NCBI GenBank assembly: GCA_004431415.1
Contig: QPMI01000264.1
Coordinates: 1-35,858 of the forward strand
DNA length: 35,858 nucleotides
Source of the DNA: Cyanophora paradoxa CCMP329
Lineage: Eukaryota > Plantae > Glaucophyta
Reading direction: 5' to 3'
The notes under the pieces: generated by a model
Databases searched by the model: none
Told to the model about the DNA's origin: nothing
What the model saw: only the letters and a program-made list of their open reading frames with translations
Shown: piece by piece, positions 1 to 12,100 of the stretch
How the letters are laid out: each line of letters begins with the position of its first letter
Numbering within the stretch: position 1 is the stretch's first letter
Made by a program: the position numbers and the translations under genes

Positions 1-1913
1 ACGGCGAGGGCGAAGATGCCGGCGATGCGCTGGAAGCGCGCCATGTCGCTGTTGCTGCTCCGCGCCTGCGGCCGGTCCAGAGCCATGTGGATCTGTCGCA
101 GCGGCAGTAGAGGTTAGGAGGGCGCGAGAAGCGAGCGAGCGAGCGAGAAGGAGGCGGGCGGGCGGGCGACTGACTGACTGACCATGCGGGCGGCGATGGT
201 GTCGTTGCCGGTGGCGGTGACGAGGGCGCGGGCCGAGCCCTGGACGGCCAGCGTCCCGGCCAGCGCCACGTTCTTCGACTCGAGGGGGCTGTCGTCCGTG
301 CACTCCTTGCAGCGGCCCTGAGGCGTCCCGATCCCCGTGAACAGGGCCATGTCCACCTGCGTGGGAGCGAGCGAGAGGATCCTTGCTTGAAGGCGCGAGC
401 GAGCGAGCGAGCGAGCGAGCGGGGAAGGGCACCTTGAAGTCGGTGCAGTCGACGATGCGGCAGTCGGCGGGGATTCGGTCGCCCGCCTCCAGGAGGATCA
501 AATCCCCAGGCACGAGCTCCGCCGCGTGCACGCGGCTCCGCGCGCCCTCGCGCACGACCTGCGCCCACTGCGCCCGACCGCCCGCCCGCGCGTCGGCTGC
601 CGCCCGGCCCGGCCCGGCCCGGCCCGGCCCGCGACGCGGCACGGACCTGGGGAATGATATTCGAGTAGAGAGAGCCGCCGATGGGCCGGATGTTGAGCGT
701 GACGTCGCTGCGCGGCCGCGTTCAGGCGGGGCGGGGCGGGGCGGGGAGGGCGGGCGGGCGGGGTACCAGACGGCGATGAGCACGAGGAGGCCGATGGCGA
801 TCCCCAGAGCCTCCTTGTCCGAATCCAGTCCGTAGAGAACTGCGCGGGGCGTCGCGCCGATCCGGGCTTCAAGCGCAGCGCAGCCCGCACCGAACGAGAA
901 GCAGGCGCAGATCCAGTAGAGACCGCAATACCCGCTGAAGAGGCCCTTGAGGTACGGCAGTAGCCCGAAGAAACGTCGCGGCAGCGATATGGCGTTCTTG
1001 CCCTGCGGCCGCGCGCGGTCGGCAGGGGCGGCCGGCCGCCAAACTCGCAACTGGCGCGCGCACCCGCTTTGCGAGCTCTTCATGCGCCCTAATCTCTGTT
1101 AGGCCGCGCTCCGACTGCGTGTTGAAGCGTTCCTGCGCAGAAACCACAGTGAGCGATCGGTCGCTTGCTAGCACGGGCTCCGGACTGGTGCGGCGCGAAC
1201 CTCCAGTACTTCTAACCTAACTTGGTGAGAGTCCTGCGCGGCGCAGCGCACGTCAGGACGCTGAAAGACGCGCGGCGCGAGCCCCCCGCCGAAGCGCACG
1301 TTGTCGCCGTATTCTGTGCTATCCGCGTTGAGCCCGACCTTCTGTCTTTCCAGGGCGGCGCGCATTTTGATTGCTGCCTCCCTGAAGTGCGAGCGAAGCT
1401 ACGGAAAAGCGGATAGCCGATCAGCGAACGCCTCTTTGCTGACGGAAGGCGGGAATGCTGCACCTGGAGACTCTCCCATCCTACCGAGTGTTTTGAGCTC
1501 TTATCAATGAGGTGATCTGCGCATAACACCCAACGCGGCGTCAGCGGTCTGGCGTCAGAGCCAAAACGCCCGCTGACCTGAAGATTCGACGCTTGTCCTG
1601 CCGGCTTTCCCCGCTGGATCCCACGCTAAGGAGCCGAAAACAAGCAGTTCATCAGCAGAAAGACGCAGAGAAAACGTATGCGCCACGAAGCGCGAGGTGG
1701 CAACCGAAAGGCCGGCGGACCGTGATCGAGTGTCTTCGGGGTCATGCGGTCGAGTCCAGATAAAGCTGCAGCTCCTCTTCGGATCTCGAAAGAGGATGAC
1801 CGACGGCCGGGGCCGACATGTGCATCGAAGGAGAGCCGGGCGCCGATGTCTGTGGCTACGATTCCGCTGGTTGCGGCCGGCATTGGTCTGGAGCCGCTGG
1901 TTGCGGCCGACAT
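1..1913 (-). CDS. P-type ATPase, Na+/K+-ATPase alpha-like (P2C-like), 5' part; multi-exon, continues beyond window start
   Basis: Spliced exons read KHSVGWESLQ/ERFNTQSERGLTEIRAHEELAKR/GKNAISLP...KGLFSGYCGLYWICACFSF (cation-ATPase N-terminus and M1). They continue VVREGARSRVHAAELVPGDLILLEAGDRIPADCRIV and VDMALFTGIGTPQGRCKECTDDSPLESKNVALAGTLAVQGSARALVTATGNDTIAARM (A-domain, colinear with Na,K-ATPase VDNSSLTGESEPQTR...PLETRN...TGDRT). The start ATG at 1913 is tentative. Confidence 0.88.
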
Positions 1914-2816
1914 GGTCCAAGGCGCTGGGCAAGAAAGGGAGGCTCGGAGGCCCCTTCTTGGCTAGCTAGCTATGCAAGGTCGCCGCTTCGTTGGGGGGGT
2001 ACGCGCTGATGTGAATTTTCGTGACTCTGTTTTTATGCGCCCTATTGCGCGCGTCAGGCGTCCGCCTTGACGCTTGCGCGCGATATGCGATGCCGCAATG
2101 CCGCAGTGATCATGCAGCCTGGCAGCTGCAGCCTGCAGGTTAACGTTGGATAAGTGGAATAAGCGTGCATGACATGATGCGCATGCGCGCGCAGCGCTAG
2201 CGCTAGCCGCCATTGTATACCGGCCCCGACAATGATTAGCCTTGCGCGAGGAGTCGCCGAGGACGCCTTTTTGGCGCGGCTCTCTGGCGACTCCCTGCGG
2301 GCTGTCCCTTGAAGAAAGGGTCATGATCAAGCCATGATCAGAAGCACCAGGTGGCAGGCGCGCATTATTGCCAATGTTTGCCATCAGGCTAGGTCTAGAT
2401 CTACACCTCTACGGAAGGACGCGGCTTGGACGCCCTCCTAAGCGTGTGCGATCGCGAGCGCCCTTAGCTAGCGCTTTGATAGGCGCCATGCGAGCAGCCT
2501 GCGCTCTATAGCTAGGCCTTAAGCCTGCATCTATAGCTGCGCATGCGCGGAAGAAACAGTAGATCAAATTTCAGAGGGGGGCGACTGCACCTGGCTAAAT
2601 CTAGACTGCATCCTCAATAGCCTGCAGCTGCCGACATGCGTCGACGTCGCGAAATGAAGCTTCAGGGGAGCTGTGCTAGGCTCCAACTTCCATCAGCTTC
2701 AAAACGGGGGGCCGTTAGCTAAATAAAGGGGCGTTAGATCTAGAAGAGATCTAGATCGACATGCATTAATTATATATAAAATTCAGTCGACGGGAACGGG
2801 CGAGCGCGGACCGGGC

Positions 2817-3696
2817 TCATGCGCGCCTCCGGCCCTCCGGCCGCGCCGAGGGCCGGGCGAGCTCGAGGAGGTCGAGGGCGGCGTCATACAGCTTCACGAA
2901 GAGCGGCTGCGCGAGGGCCGCCGCGGCGTAGAAGAGCCGGAAGGGAGCGCTTGGGCTTCCGCCAAGGGCGCAAGGGAGGACGAGGAGCGAGTGGTGGTCC
3001 ACCTGCTTGAAGAGTGAGGATCCGGACGGGCCATGGCCAACGTGAACAGGGGCCGATCGATATCGCGAGGCCCAGCGGGACGCACATGCTCGCAAATGAG
3101 CGCCAGGCCCCCGGGTTTCTCCCTCTTGAACCGCAGCCATACCACGAGCGGGAACGTGAATCGCGGGGCCAGCTCACGCAGGGCGCGCAGCGGAACGAGA
3201 GCCGGGCCCGGGCGAAGTTGTAGGTTACACCAGACCACGGCGCGCTCGCGCTTCGCGTCGATCACTGTCTCCACGAAGTCGACCTGCAGAAAATGGATGA
3301 GGCCACAACGCGTGCGTATATGGGCGTCGACATCCGAGCCAACCTCACCTCGTAGTCCAAGACCGCCGTGCCGAATCGGTACGCTGCAGCGAAGAACGTG
3401 AATACAGACGCGTCGGTCGCGGCGGAGCAGCGCTCCCGAAGACCGCGGCCGCAAACCGCTGTCGGTTTGTACGAAAACCGCAAACCGCAATAGAGCGCGC
3501 GGCGGCCGCGGGAGCGCGCGAAGAAGGTAAAGATAGACACGTCCTCGGCGAAGCACCGCTCCACGAGCTCCCGCTGGATCGACCTGCCCCGCGCTCCTTC
3601 AAAAAGAACGTACGCGGGGCGATCTTGGGACGCGAACCTGTCCTTGCCCGTCACGCCGCGGATCACCGCGTGGATGCTCTCCTCCGTAACCTCCAT
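2817..3696 (-). CDS. Small NTF2/SnoaL-like fold protein (about 5 exons)
   Basis: GT-AG joins give MEVTEESIHAVIRGVTGKDR/SIQRELVERCFAEDVSIFTFFARSRGRRALYC/AYRFGTAVLDYE/VDFVETVIDAKRERAVVWCNLQLR...FPLVVWLRFKR...LICEH/VDHHS... The pattern (ERxFxxDxxF, beta-rich core, terminal IxxHxD) is typical of NTF2-like proteins. The family call is by eye. Confidence 0.6.
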
Positions 3697-3778
3697 CCCC
3701 GGGAGCGATTAAGGCTCCTCAGCTCATACAGCCGAGCAAGGGTACACTCTCCCCGATCGGCCTCAAGAACGGGGTCGA
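3697..3778. promoter_or_regulatory. Putative bidirectional promoter (82 bp between divergent start codons)
   Basis: Head-to-head ATGs at 3696 (-) and 3779 (+). No specific promoter motif was identified. Confidence 0.5.
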
Positions 3779-5426
3779 ATGGCGCTGGAGGCGGTCCACG
3801 CGAACCCTCTGGAAGCAATCGACGAGGATGCCGTGCCCCGCGGCGGTCCTCGGCTCACGCTCGAGGACGTCTGCTCGGCGCTGGATGCTCTGGTCGTTAG
3901 TTACTTCAGCGCCTACGACCGCGCGCTCGACTGCCAGTCGCGGCTCGTCAAGGCCATCTCGAGGGTGAGTTGGCAGCGTTCCCCGCCCCTCCAGCCCACG
4001 CTTGCCGCAGGGGCACTGGAGCCTGGCAAAGGCGAAGTATTCCATGGGCCCGCGCGCAATCACGGCGGTGCACTACGACAACAACATGTTCGCCTCGGTC
4101 AGGATAAGAGTGTACGCGCCTCCTTTCCCCGCTGCGCGCGAGCCTCCGTCATCACCGCCTCCTGACCGCAGGGAGTGCGACTGCCCCCACGAGGAGGACT
4201 GGTCGCAAAGGCGCGGCGAGAAGACTTGCATCTCACGGGCAGCCGGCCTCTCCGGGGCGGACCTCGAACGCATCGACGGGGAAGCGGGCAGCGTGCACCA
4301 CGCTATGCGGCGGTTGGGCGGCGCGGGCCTCGACACGGCCTCGAGCCCCGACGTCGTGTACGACAACCAGAGCGACGACGCGGCCGTACAGGAGCCCGGG
4401 ATCGGACAGCTGGCGAGCGGCATCCGGAAGAGCCTGAGCATGGGCAATGGGATCAGCTCGATCCGCGGCTCCCTCGCGAAGGCGGTCGGATCCCTGCGCA
4501 TGCGGAGGCCGGGAAGCTCCAATTCGTTGCGCGAAGCGGGGGCGGCGGCGGCCTGCGGCAGCGGTGCGGAGGAGGACGAGCGCGCAGCCGCTTACTCAGC
4601 GTCGAAGGGGAAGCAGCGGCGGCCGCAGCGGTCCGAGGTGCCGCCGCCGCCACCGCCCCGCTCCTCTCGCACAGCTTACCCGCCGATGCGCGGCGCAGGG
4701 CCTCGAGCTTCGGGACAGCCGCCCGCGCAGCGGGTCGAGCGACTCACGGCTGCCGGTCAAGCCGTCGGACCCGCCGCCGCACCACCGCCTCAACGCGGGG
4801 ACCCTCACAGAGCACGCGGCGAAGGGCAAGGACAGCAACGAGGGTCCGCCCGCCCTCGCCAGCGCCCCGCCCCTGCGCCCCCACGATGTCGACGGGGCCC
4901 GGCGCAGTCACGCCGCTTCTGGCGGAGCGCATCCTGACGAACATGGAGTCACGCGCCCTTTCGCACGTGCGGCGCCCGCGTACCCCGGCTCCGAACGCGC
5001 GTGCCCCCCTCGAGCCCCTCCCCCGCAGTGCGACTCGGAGCTGGACGAGTTCGATTCGAGCCGTCCGAGTCCCTCCCGGCGGGACCCCCTGCTCTGGTAC
5101 CCCCCCCCGGCTGCCCCGCCGCGCGCCCTTTGTCCCCCTCCCCCCCTTTGACCGCCTGACGGCCCGCCAGGTTCGGCGTGCTGGTCTCGCCCCACCTGCG
5201 GACGGCTCAGCAGGAGTTCAAGGGCGGTGCGGCCCTTCCCCTCCCATCCCATCCCTGATTGTGATAGGCCCTTACTAAAAGTTTCGGGGCGGGGCCGGCA
5301 GCGGTGGAGATTGCTGTGGAGCTGGCGGACGCGCGGCACCACATGGAGGCCGACTGCCGCCTCTACGCCCGCCTCCTCGCCACCAAGGCCGAACTCCTCC
5401 ACGAGCCCCTCGTCGACCTCTCCTAG
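3779..5426 (+). CDS. CCDC115: Vacuolar ATPase assembly factor CCDC115/Vma22 family, multi-exon
   Basis: N-terminal LDALVVSYFSAYDRALDCQSRLVKAISR/GHWSLAKAKYSMG...YDNNMFA and C-terminal DPLLW/FGVLVSPHLRTAQQEFKG/AVEIAVELA match the two conserved Vma22/CCDC115 blocks. Stop TAG at 5424-5426. Confidence 0.88.
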
Positions 5427-6105
5427 CCGACCGGCCGGCTATAGCTAGAGCCGACCGGCCGCCCCCGTCCTCGATATCGACATCCCTCGAATTCGCGCCC
5501 GCCCCGCGCGCCCTTTCGAGCGCTAGCTCCGCCTTCTTTTCCCCTTCGCCCCCGGATTCGTCGCACCCAGGAACCTAGTAGGGTCCGTACTAGTGCTAGA
5601 ACTTCTTACGTATACGTTAAATTTAACAACGAACTCGACTTTTCTGGGGCGCTAGCACTACGGCAGCCGGCCTAGAATATCGATCGATTGCCGCGGCGCG
5701 CGCACGCGCGCGCCGCTGGGCCGCGGGCCGGCGAGCTAGTTACTGAGTGCTAGCGCTAGCGCTCCCCGCGCGCGGCGCCCGGCCGAGCCCGCGGCCGGCC
5801 GCTCCCGGAGTCCAGCGCGCGCTAGCGCTAGCTGCGCAAGCATGCGCAGCGCCGCGGCGCCGCGTCGGCGTGCGGCGTGGCCTGCGCCTCGCCGCGACTC
5901 TAGATCTAGCTCTAGATCTAGATCGGCAGATCCCGGCGCCAGCTGCATGCAGGCTGCATGCGCAGCCGTCGATCTGCCAGCTCATTGCCCCTATTTTGGG
6001 GTCGGCCGGGCAGGGGGTACTCGGTAGAGAAGTGTAGTTCTCTGGCGAACTTGGCAAGGCTGTAGCTGGCTCTCCCCGCGGCTTCGGCCGATCAGCGCAG
6101 CAGCG

Positions 6106-9100
6106 ATGGGTGGGGCACAAGGCAAGACGACGCCCTCGTCGCCTACGATGCTGCGCAGCAACGAGCAGGCCACAAGGGAGGCGATAGCACAGGCCCGCGC
6201 CCATCTCGATGAGATCAACGCAAAAGCGAATCGACGGAGCTCGGGGGCTCAGGAGGAGGCAACTCCACGATCGCCCTCGAAACCTGCTGTCCCAACTTCC
6301 TCCACAGTCGGAGCCAACCAGGCGGCTGCCGTACGACAGGCTCTCGCAAAAGTCAACAATACCTTGCACGACACCTTTGAGTCGAGCTCATCGACCAAGG
6401 ACGTCGTGGGCAGCGCGGCTATCATGCCAGCTGTCCCGACCGCATCTCAGCCCGCTCTCCGCAAATCGTCCCTCAGCTCCCAGATCATGCCTTCGGGAAG
6501 CACCACGGGCCCTTCGTCCACCGGCAAAACCTCCGCCGCCCTTGCCCCTCGTTCGTCCCTCCGAGCCCGATAGAGACATTCGATCTCACCGTCCGCCCCC
6601 GCGCAGCGCCCGAACCGGGTCTCGTTTACACATGGGGCTCGGGCGAGGCGGTGGGAGTTGGAGACGAGATGGAGGTCTCGACCCCGGCGGTTCTCGCGAC
6701 GCTCGAGCAAGAACACGGAGTGAAGACCGTGTCGCGGGTCGCCGCGGGGCCCAACTTCACGCTCTTCCTCTCTCCCGAAGGCAGGCTCTACTCTTGCGGG
6801 AACAACGACGACGGCCAGCTCGGCGTGGGGGACGAGCAGCCGCGGTCGGTCCCGACGTTCGTCGTCTTTCCCGCCGGCGTCTCCATCGCCCGCATCGCGT
6901 GCGGCTACTGCCATGCAGGTAAAAGCTTCCCCCGAGCGAGCGAACGCCGCCGCGCCGACGCGTCTGACCTGCCGAATTCGAACGCCGCAGCCGCGTGCGA
7001 CACTCGTGGCGTCGCGTATACGTGGGGCAGCGGCCTCATGGGGCGCCTGGGCACGGGAAGCGAGAAGGTCCACCCGAACCCGACGCGGATCGATTCCCTC
7101 GCCGCGGCGGGCGCCTTCGTGAGCAATGTCGCCTGCGGCCAGTACAACACGGGCTTTGTGTGCGTTCAAGTGCAGCTGCCGGGCGCGCCGCCTCGCCTCA
7201 CGCGCCGCGCGGCAGCACGGACGACGGGAGGCTCTTCGTGACTGGCTCGAACGACTCAGGGCAGCTCGGCCTCGGGGACTCGAACCCGCGGCTGACGCCG
7301 ACCCTCGTCCCGGCCCTCTCCCGCGTCGCTCAGGCGCGCGCGACGCTTCCGCGGCCTCCCGCGCCCTCCATCGTTGAGCTGAGCTTCCGTCCTTCGCAGG
7401 TCTCCTTCGGGGACCGGCACGTACTCGTGCTGGACGACGCGGGGCGCGTGCGGGCGGCCGGCGACAACGAGTTCGGGCAGCTCGGCATCCGCTCGGGTGA
7501 CACGGAGACGCGGCACGCCTTCGAGGAGCTGCCCAAGTTCACGGGCGCCTCGGCGGCCGCGCGGGCCGTGCAGGTGGCCTGCGGCGAGCGGCACAGCTCC
7601 GTGGTGGCCGCCGACGGCGGCCTCTACACCTTTGGGCACTGGGAGTCGTGCCAGCTCGGCAACCTCGTCAACTCGGACGCGCACGTGCCGACGCAGGTCG
7701 CCGCGCTGTCCGGCAAGCCCGTCGCCGCGACGGCCGTCGGGCCCTCCAACTCGCTCGCCGTCCTCGACGACGGCTCGGTCTGGTCCTGGGGCTACAGCAT
7801 CGACCAGCCGATCCCGAAGCCCGTCCCGTTCGACGACGGCCCGTTCGTTCAGGCGGCCGCCGTCGGCGCCGCGCACTTCGCCGCGATCACGAAGCGGACG
7901 GACGAGGTCGTGGAGTTCCCGTGGAGCGAGCACGACGCGGAGGTGCACTCGGGCCAGGAGCAGGCCGAGGACGCGCTCGTGCCCGTCCCCGCCCTCCGCG
8001 GCAAGAAGCTGGTCCAGCTCGACGCGCGCTTCACGCACTTCGGCGCCGTCACGGCCGCCGGCGAGCTCTACCTCTGGGGCCAGAACGACGACGGGCAGCT
8101 GGGGATGGACGAGGAGGAGGGCAGCCGCGAGGACCGGGCCGCCCCCACGCTGCTGCGCTCGCTCCGGGAGTCCGGGGCCCGCGTGGTCGCCGTCTCCTGC
8201 GGCTACGTGCACACGGCGTGCGTTACGGACGACGGCGGCCTCTGGACGTGGGGCCAGGGCCTCATGGGCCGCCTCGGCCACGGCGACGAGCGGGACCGGA
8301 GCAAGCCGGAGCGCGTGCGGGCGCTGGTGGACCTGCGGGAGCGCGCGGCGCGGCCGGCCTGCGGGCAGTACATGACGCTCTGCGTCTCCGAGTCGGGCAA
8401 GACCTTCCGCTGCGGCGTGGGCATCGGCGACCAGAACGTGCGCGGCGCGGAGCAGAGCGGCGCGGGCGCGCCGCGCCGCGCTTCGTTTCTGACAAAGCTC
8501 GCTCGCAGCCGGCGCTGGCGATGGCGCAGGTGGGCGGGGGCCTCGCCGGCAAGCGGGCGCGGGAGGCGGCGTGCGGGGACCGCCACTGCGCCGTGCTGGC
8601 CGACGACGGGGCGGTCTACACGTGGGGCGACGGCGACACGGGCGCCCTGGGCCACGGCGACGCGGAGCACAAGGGCGCGCCCAAGGCCGTCGAGGGCGCG
8701 CTCAAGGGCAAGCGCGTCCTCTCCGTCGCCTGCGGCGAGCGCCACACGGTTCGCCCCCCCGCCCGCCCTTGTTCTGCCGTCCTCTGCCTTAGGGCTGCGC
8801 GCTGACGGGGCGCCCGCCCTTCCTTTCGTTCAGATCGTGGCGACGGAGGGCGGGGAGGTGTACGCCTGGGGATGCGCCGACACGGGCCAGCTCGGAAACG
8901 GCGACTCGGACGCGCGCGACGTCCCCGCCCCGCGCCTCGTACCCCTCCCCAAGGGCGGCCCCAAGGTGCGAACGGAGCGAAGCGCGCCGCGTACCCCCCC
9001 CTCCCCCTTCCCGCATCTGAGCGGGCCCCCGCTCAGATGAAGACCGTGCTGGCGGGCCCCGTGGTGGCCGCCGCGCTGGACGAGAAGGGCGGGCTCTGGG

Positions 9101-12100
9101 CCTGGGGCCAGGGCATCGGCGAGGCCGGCCGCCCACTCCACCTCGGGCCCTTCCAGGGCCGCGCCTGTACCCACGCCGCGGTCTCCTCCGACCGCTTCCT
9201 CGCCGTCGTCTCCCCGTGAGCCCCGTACCCCCCACCTACCCACCCTCCTAGGAGCCTCCTTTCCCCCGCGCCCCCTTCCCCCGGGGCCGGGGGATCCCCC
9301 TTCCTTCCCTCCCCTCCCCTTCTCTCTCTCTCTTCCCCTCCCCCCCCCCCCCCTCCCCTTCTCTCTCCCCCCTCTTTTTCAATTGTACATTCGCCCCTCT
9401 TGAATGAAATCTAGGATTCTAAGCGGGGGCGGGCCGGCGGGAGTCTAATGCCGGGTCGCGGGATAGGCGCGGCGGAGGCGGAGAGGCGGAGGCGGGGCGG
9501 GCGGCAGAGGGGCGCGACTCGCCCGGCGAGCACCTCCGCCGCGCTGCGTCCCAGTGGGCCGCCCAGGGTGCCTTGGACGGCGGGGAGGCGTGGGCCTGGG
9601 ACCCGGCGGCCCGGGAGCTGCTGCGGGGCGAGAGGGGCGATAGGCACGGGGGGCCCCGCACGCGCAAGTGGCGGAGCGTCGCCCTTGCCGCCGGCATCGC
9701 GCTGGCGTTCCTCTTTCGTGTACGCCGCCGCGCGGCGCGCCGCGCGGTCGGGATCCCCAGCGGCTGGGTCCCGCCCCCGATGGCCCCCGTAGTCCTCGCC
9801 CCGGCCGAGCCCGAGCCCGAGGCCAAGGCGGGCGACGCCGTTACCCCCCCGCGGGGGGCGGACTCCGCATCCGCATCCGGGGGGGCGGGGGAGGGCGCAG
9901 CGGACGAGGCCGACCCCTTCGCCGTCGAAGAGGAGCAGGGGTGCGTGCGCGGGGAGGGCGGGGAGGGCGGGGCCAAGCTAAGAGAAAGCTCGAATGGGGC
10001 TAGAACGAACGGGCCCGAAAGAGCTCAACCTAGCTCAAGATTAGGCTCTTCGGCCTGCAGGCTGGAGGCTCTCGAGCTTGGCTAGAACTTAGCCTAGCAG
10101 CTCAGTGGCTTGAATTAGGCTCTTACAACGCGGCGGGGCCGGGGGCAGGCTGGAGGCGGGCGCGCCGCCGCGGACCGCGTCGTCAGAGGCGCGGGCGGCG
10201 GAACGGGATCGGCTCCTGCGGGACCCCGAGGAGGTCTCCGACGCCGGGTACGTGCACTTCAAATGAATTCCAACTACCGATCACGAACTATATATAAGCT
10301 TAAGATCTAGATGCTTAAGCTTGTTAATCATACCTTCCATTCGCAGAGAGTCTGTGTACGACGAGGAGGAGGAGGAAGCCAAGGGGCTCCCCGAGCAGAC
10401 GGACATCCCCGAGGAGATCGCGGGCGGAGCGGGCGGCGGCGGGGCCAAGCCCAAGAAGCGAAGAGCGAAGGGCAAGGGCAAGGGCAAGGCGCGGGCGGCG
10501 GAGGTGGTGAACGACAAGGAGGAGGAGGGGGCGGTAAGGCGGGGGGCGGGAGGCCTGGCCCGGACTCCACCGGCCCAAGCGGCAGCGGCGGCCCGAGCGG
10601 AGTCGGCGGTAAAGAAGGGTGAGGAGGAGGAGGGGGGGGCGAGGCGGGCGACCCCAGCTAGGACGCCCCCCTCCCAGGCGGCGGCTCCAGCAGCTTCGTC
10701 CGCTCCGTCCCCGTCCCCCGCCCCGGCCCCGGCCCCGGCCCCGGGGGCCGGCCCGGGATCGGCCCCGGCGTCCCCTCCCCCCGACCTGCGGGACTTCCCC
10801 CCCCCGGAGCCGACGCCCCCGCCCCCTCCGCCGCCCTTCGAGCTGAGGATCCCCCCGACGCCCCCGCCGGCCGCCTCCGCCTCGCCCGTGCCGCCCAAGC
10901 CGCCCCGCGAGCGGCGCTTCCCCTCCGTGCCGGGCCCCCCCGTCGCGCTCCCCGTGCCCACCGGCGGCTCCGCGCCGCCCCCGCCCGACACGGCGGCCGG
11001 CCCGCGGCTCGTGCAGACGAGCCCGTACCCGTACGCCGTCTACGCATCCGCTCGGGGCACCGGCGACGGCGGCGCCGCGCCGCTGGACCCCGAGGCGTCT
11101 TGGGACCGCTGGCCCGAAAACGGGGGCGAAGGGAACGACTTCAGCGCCCCGCCCTCACGCGGCGCCGAGGCGGCGGAATCGGCGGAATTGGCGGCGGCGG
11201 GACCCGATCCGGAGGCGCCGGCCCCCGTCGTCCACATCGTCGTCTGCCAGGCACGAGCTCGCCCTACCCCTCTTCTTTTTTTCTTCGTTTTCTACTTCTT
11301 CTAAGCGGGGGGGGCGGGCGGCAGGGCTTCGCCCCGGAGCACCCCAGCGACGGCGTGCCGCCCCCGCGCATCGCGTACCTCGAGGTACGTATACGGTAAA
11401 GTGGCTACTAAACCGGTACCCCTCCTCCCGACTAAAACGCGTACCCCCCCAACATCAGATGGCTGCGCGGGACCGGGACGGGCAGCCAGCGACGGTGGCG
11501 GACGCGCGGGGGTACGTGGCCGGGAAGCTCCTCTGCCCGGAGCGCGCCCTCCTGTTCTACTCCCGCTGCGCCCCGGTCCGTTCTATTTATAGAACGAGCG
11601 AACGAAGCATCGCGTACCCTTCTTAGAACCCCGTCAGATTGCGGACACGGCGTTTCTGATCCGGGGCCCCCCGACGGCGCCGGCGCGGCCGCCCCCGCTC
11701 GCCGCGTACCTCGCGACGGGCCACGGGGACCCGTACCGCCTCCCGGACGCCTTCGTACCCCCTTACCCCCCTTCTGTACCCCCCCTGGAGGGGGCGGCCC
11801 CCGCGCGGGATTGGACGGCCGAGCTGGTCGCCCTCCGCACCGACTTCGACGTATCCCCCCTCGTCCGCGGCGAGCGGTGCGCCCTCGCGCGGCGAAACCC
11901 CTATATAATAAAAAGAAGAAGACCTAGAGCCATCTAAAACTAAGAACGAACTAATTCATCTAACAACAACTCTTACTTAGAAGACATAGAGCCACGATGA
12001 GATGAGAGTCACTCATTAACTAGGCGATTCTGCTCTGCTCGCGCCTTGTTCGTCCTAAACTCAGCAAACTCAGCTAAACTTCGCCCCGCGCAGGTTCTTC

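Noticed and set aside
7256-8805. Long overlapping alternative-frame and antisense ORFs across the RCC1 region
   Set aside because: Shadow ORFs caused by extreme GC3 bias. Only one frame has RCC1 motifs.
9448-9792. Independent start of the Clu gene at ATG 9448
   Set aside because: That frame stops at 9792 and is not the frame that splices to downstream exons. The ATG overlaps a branch-site-like CTAAT just before an acceptor.
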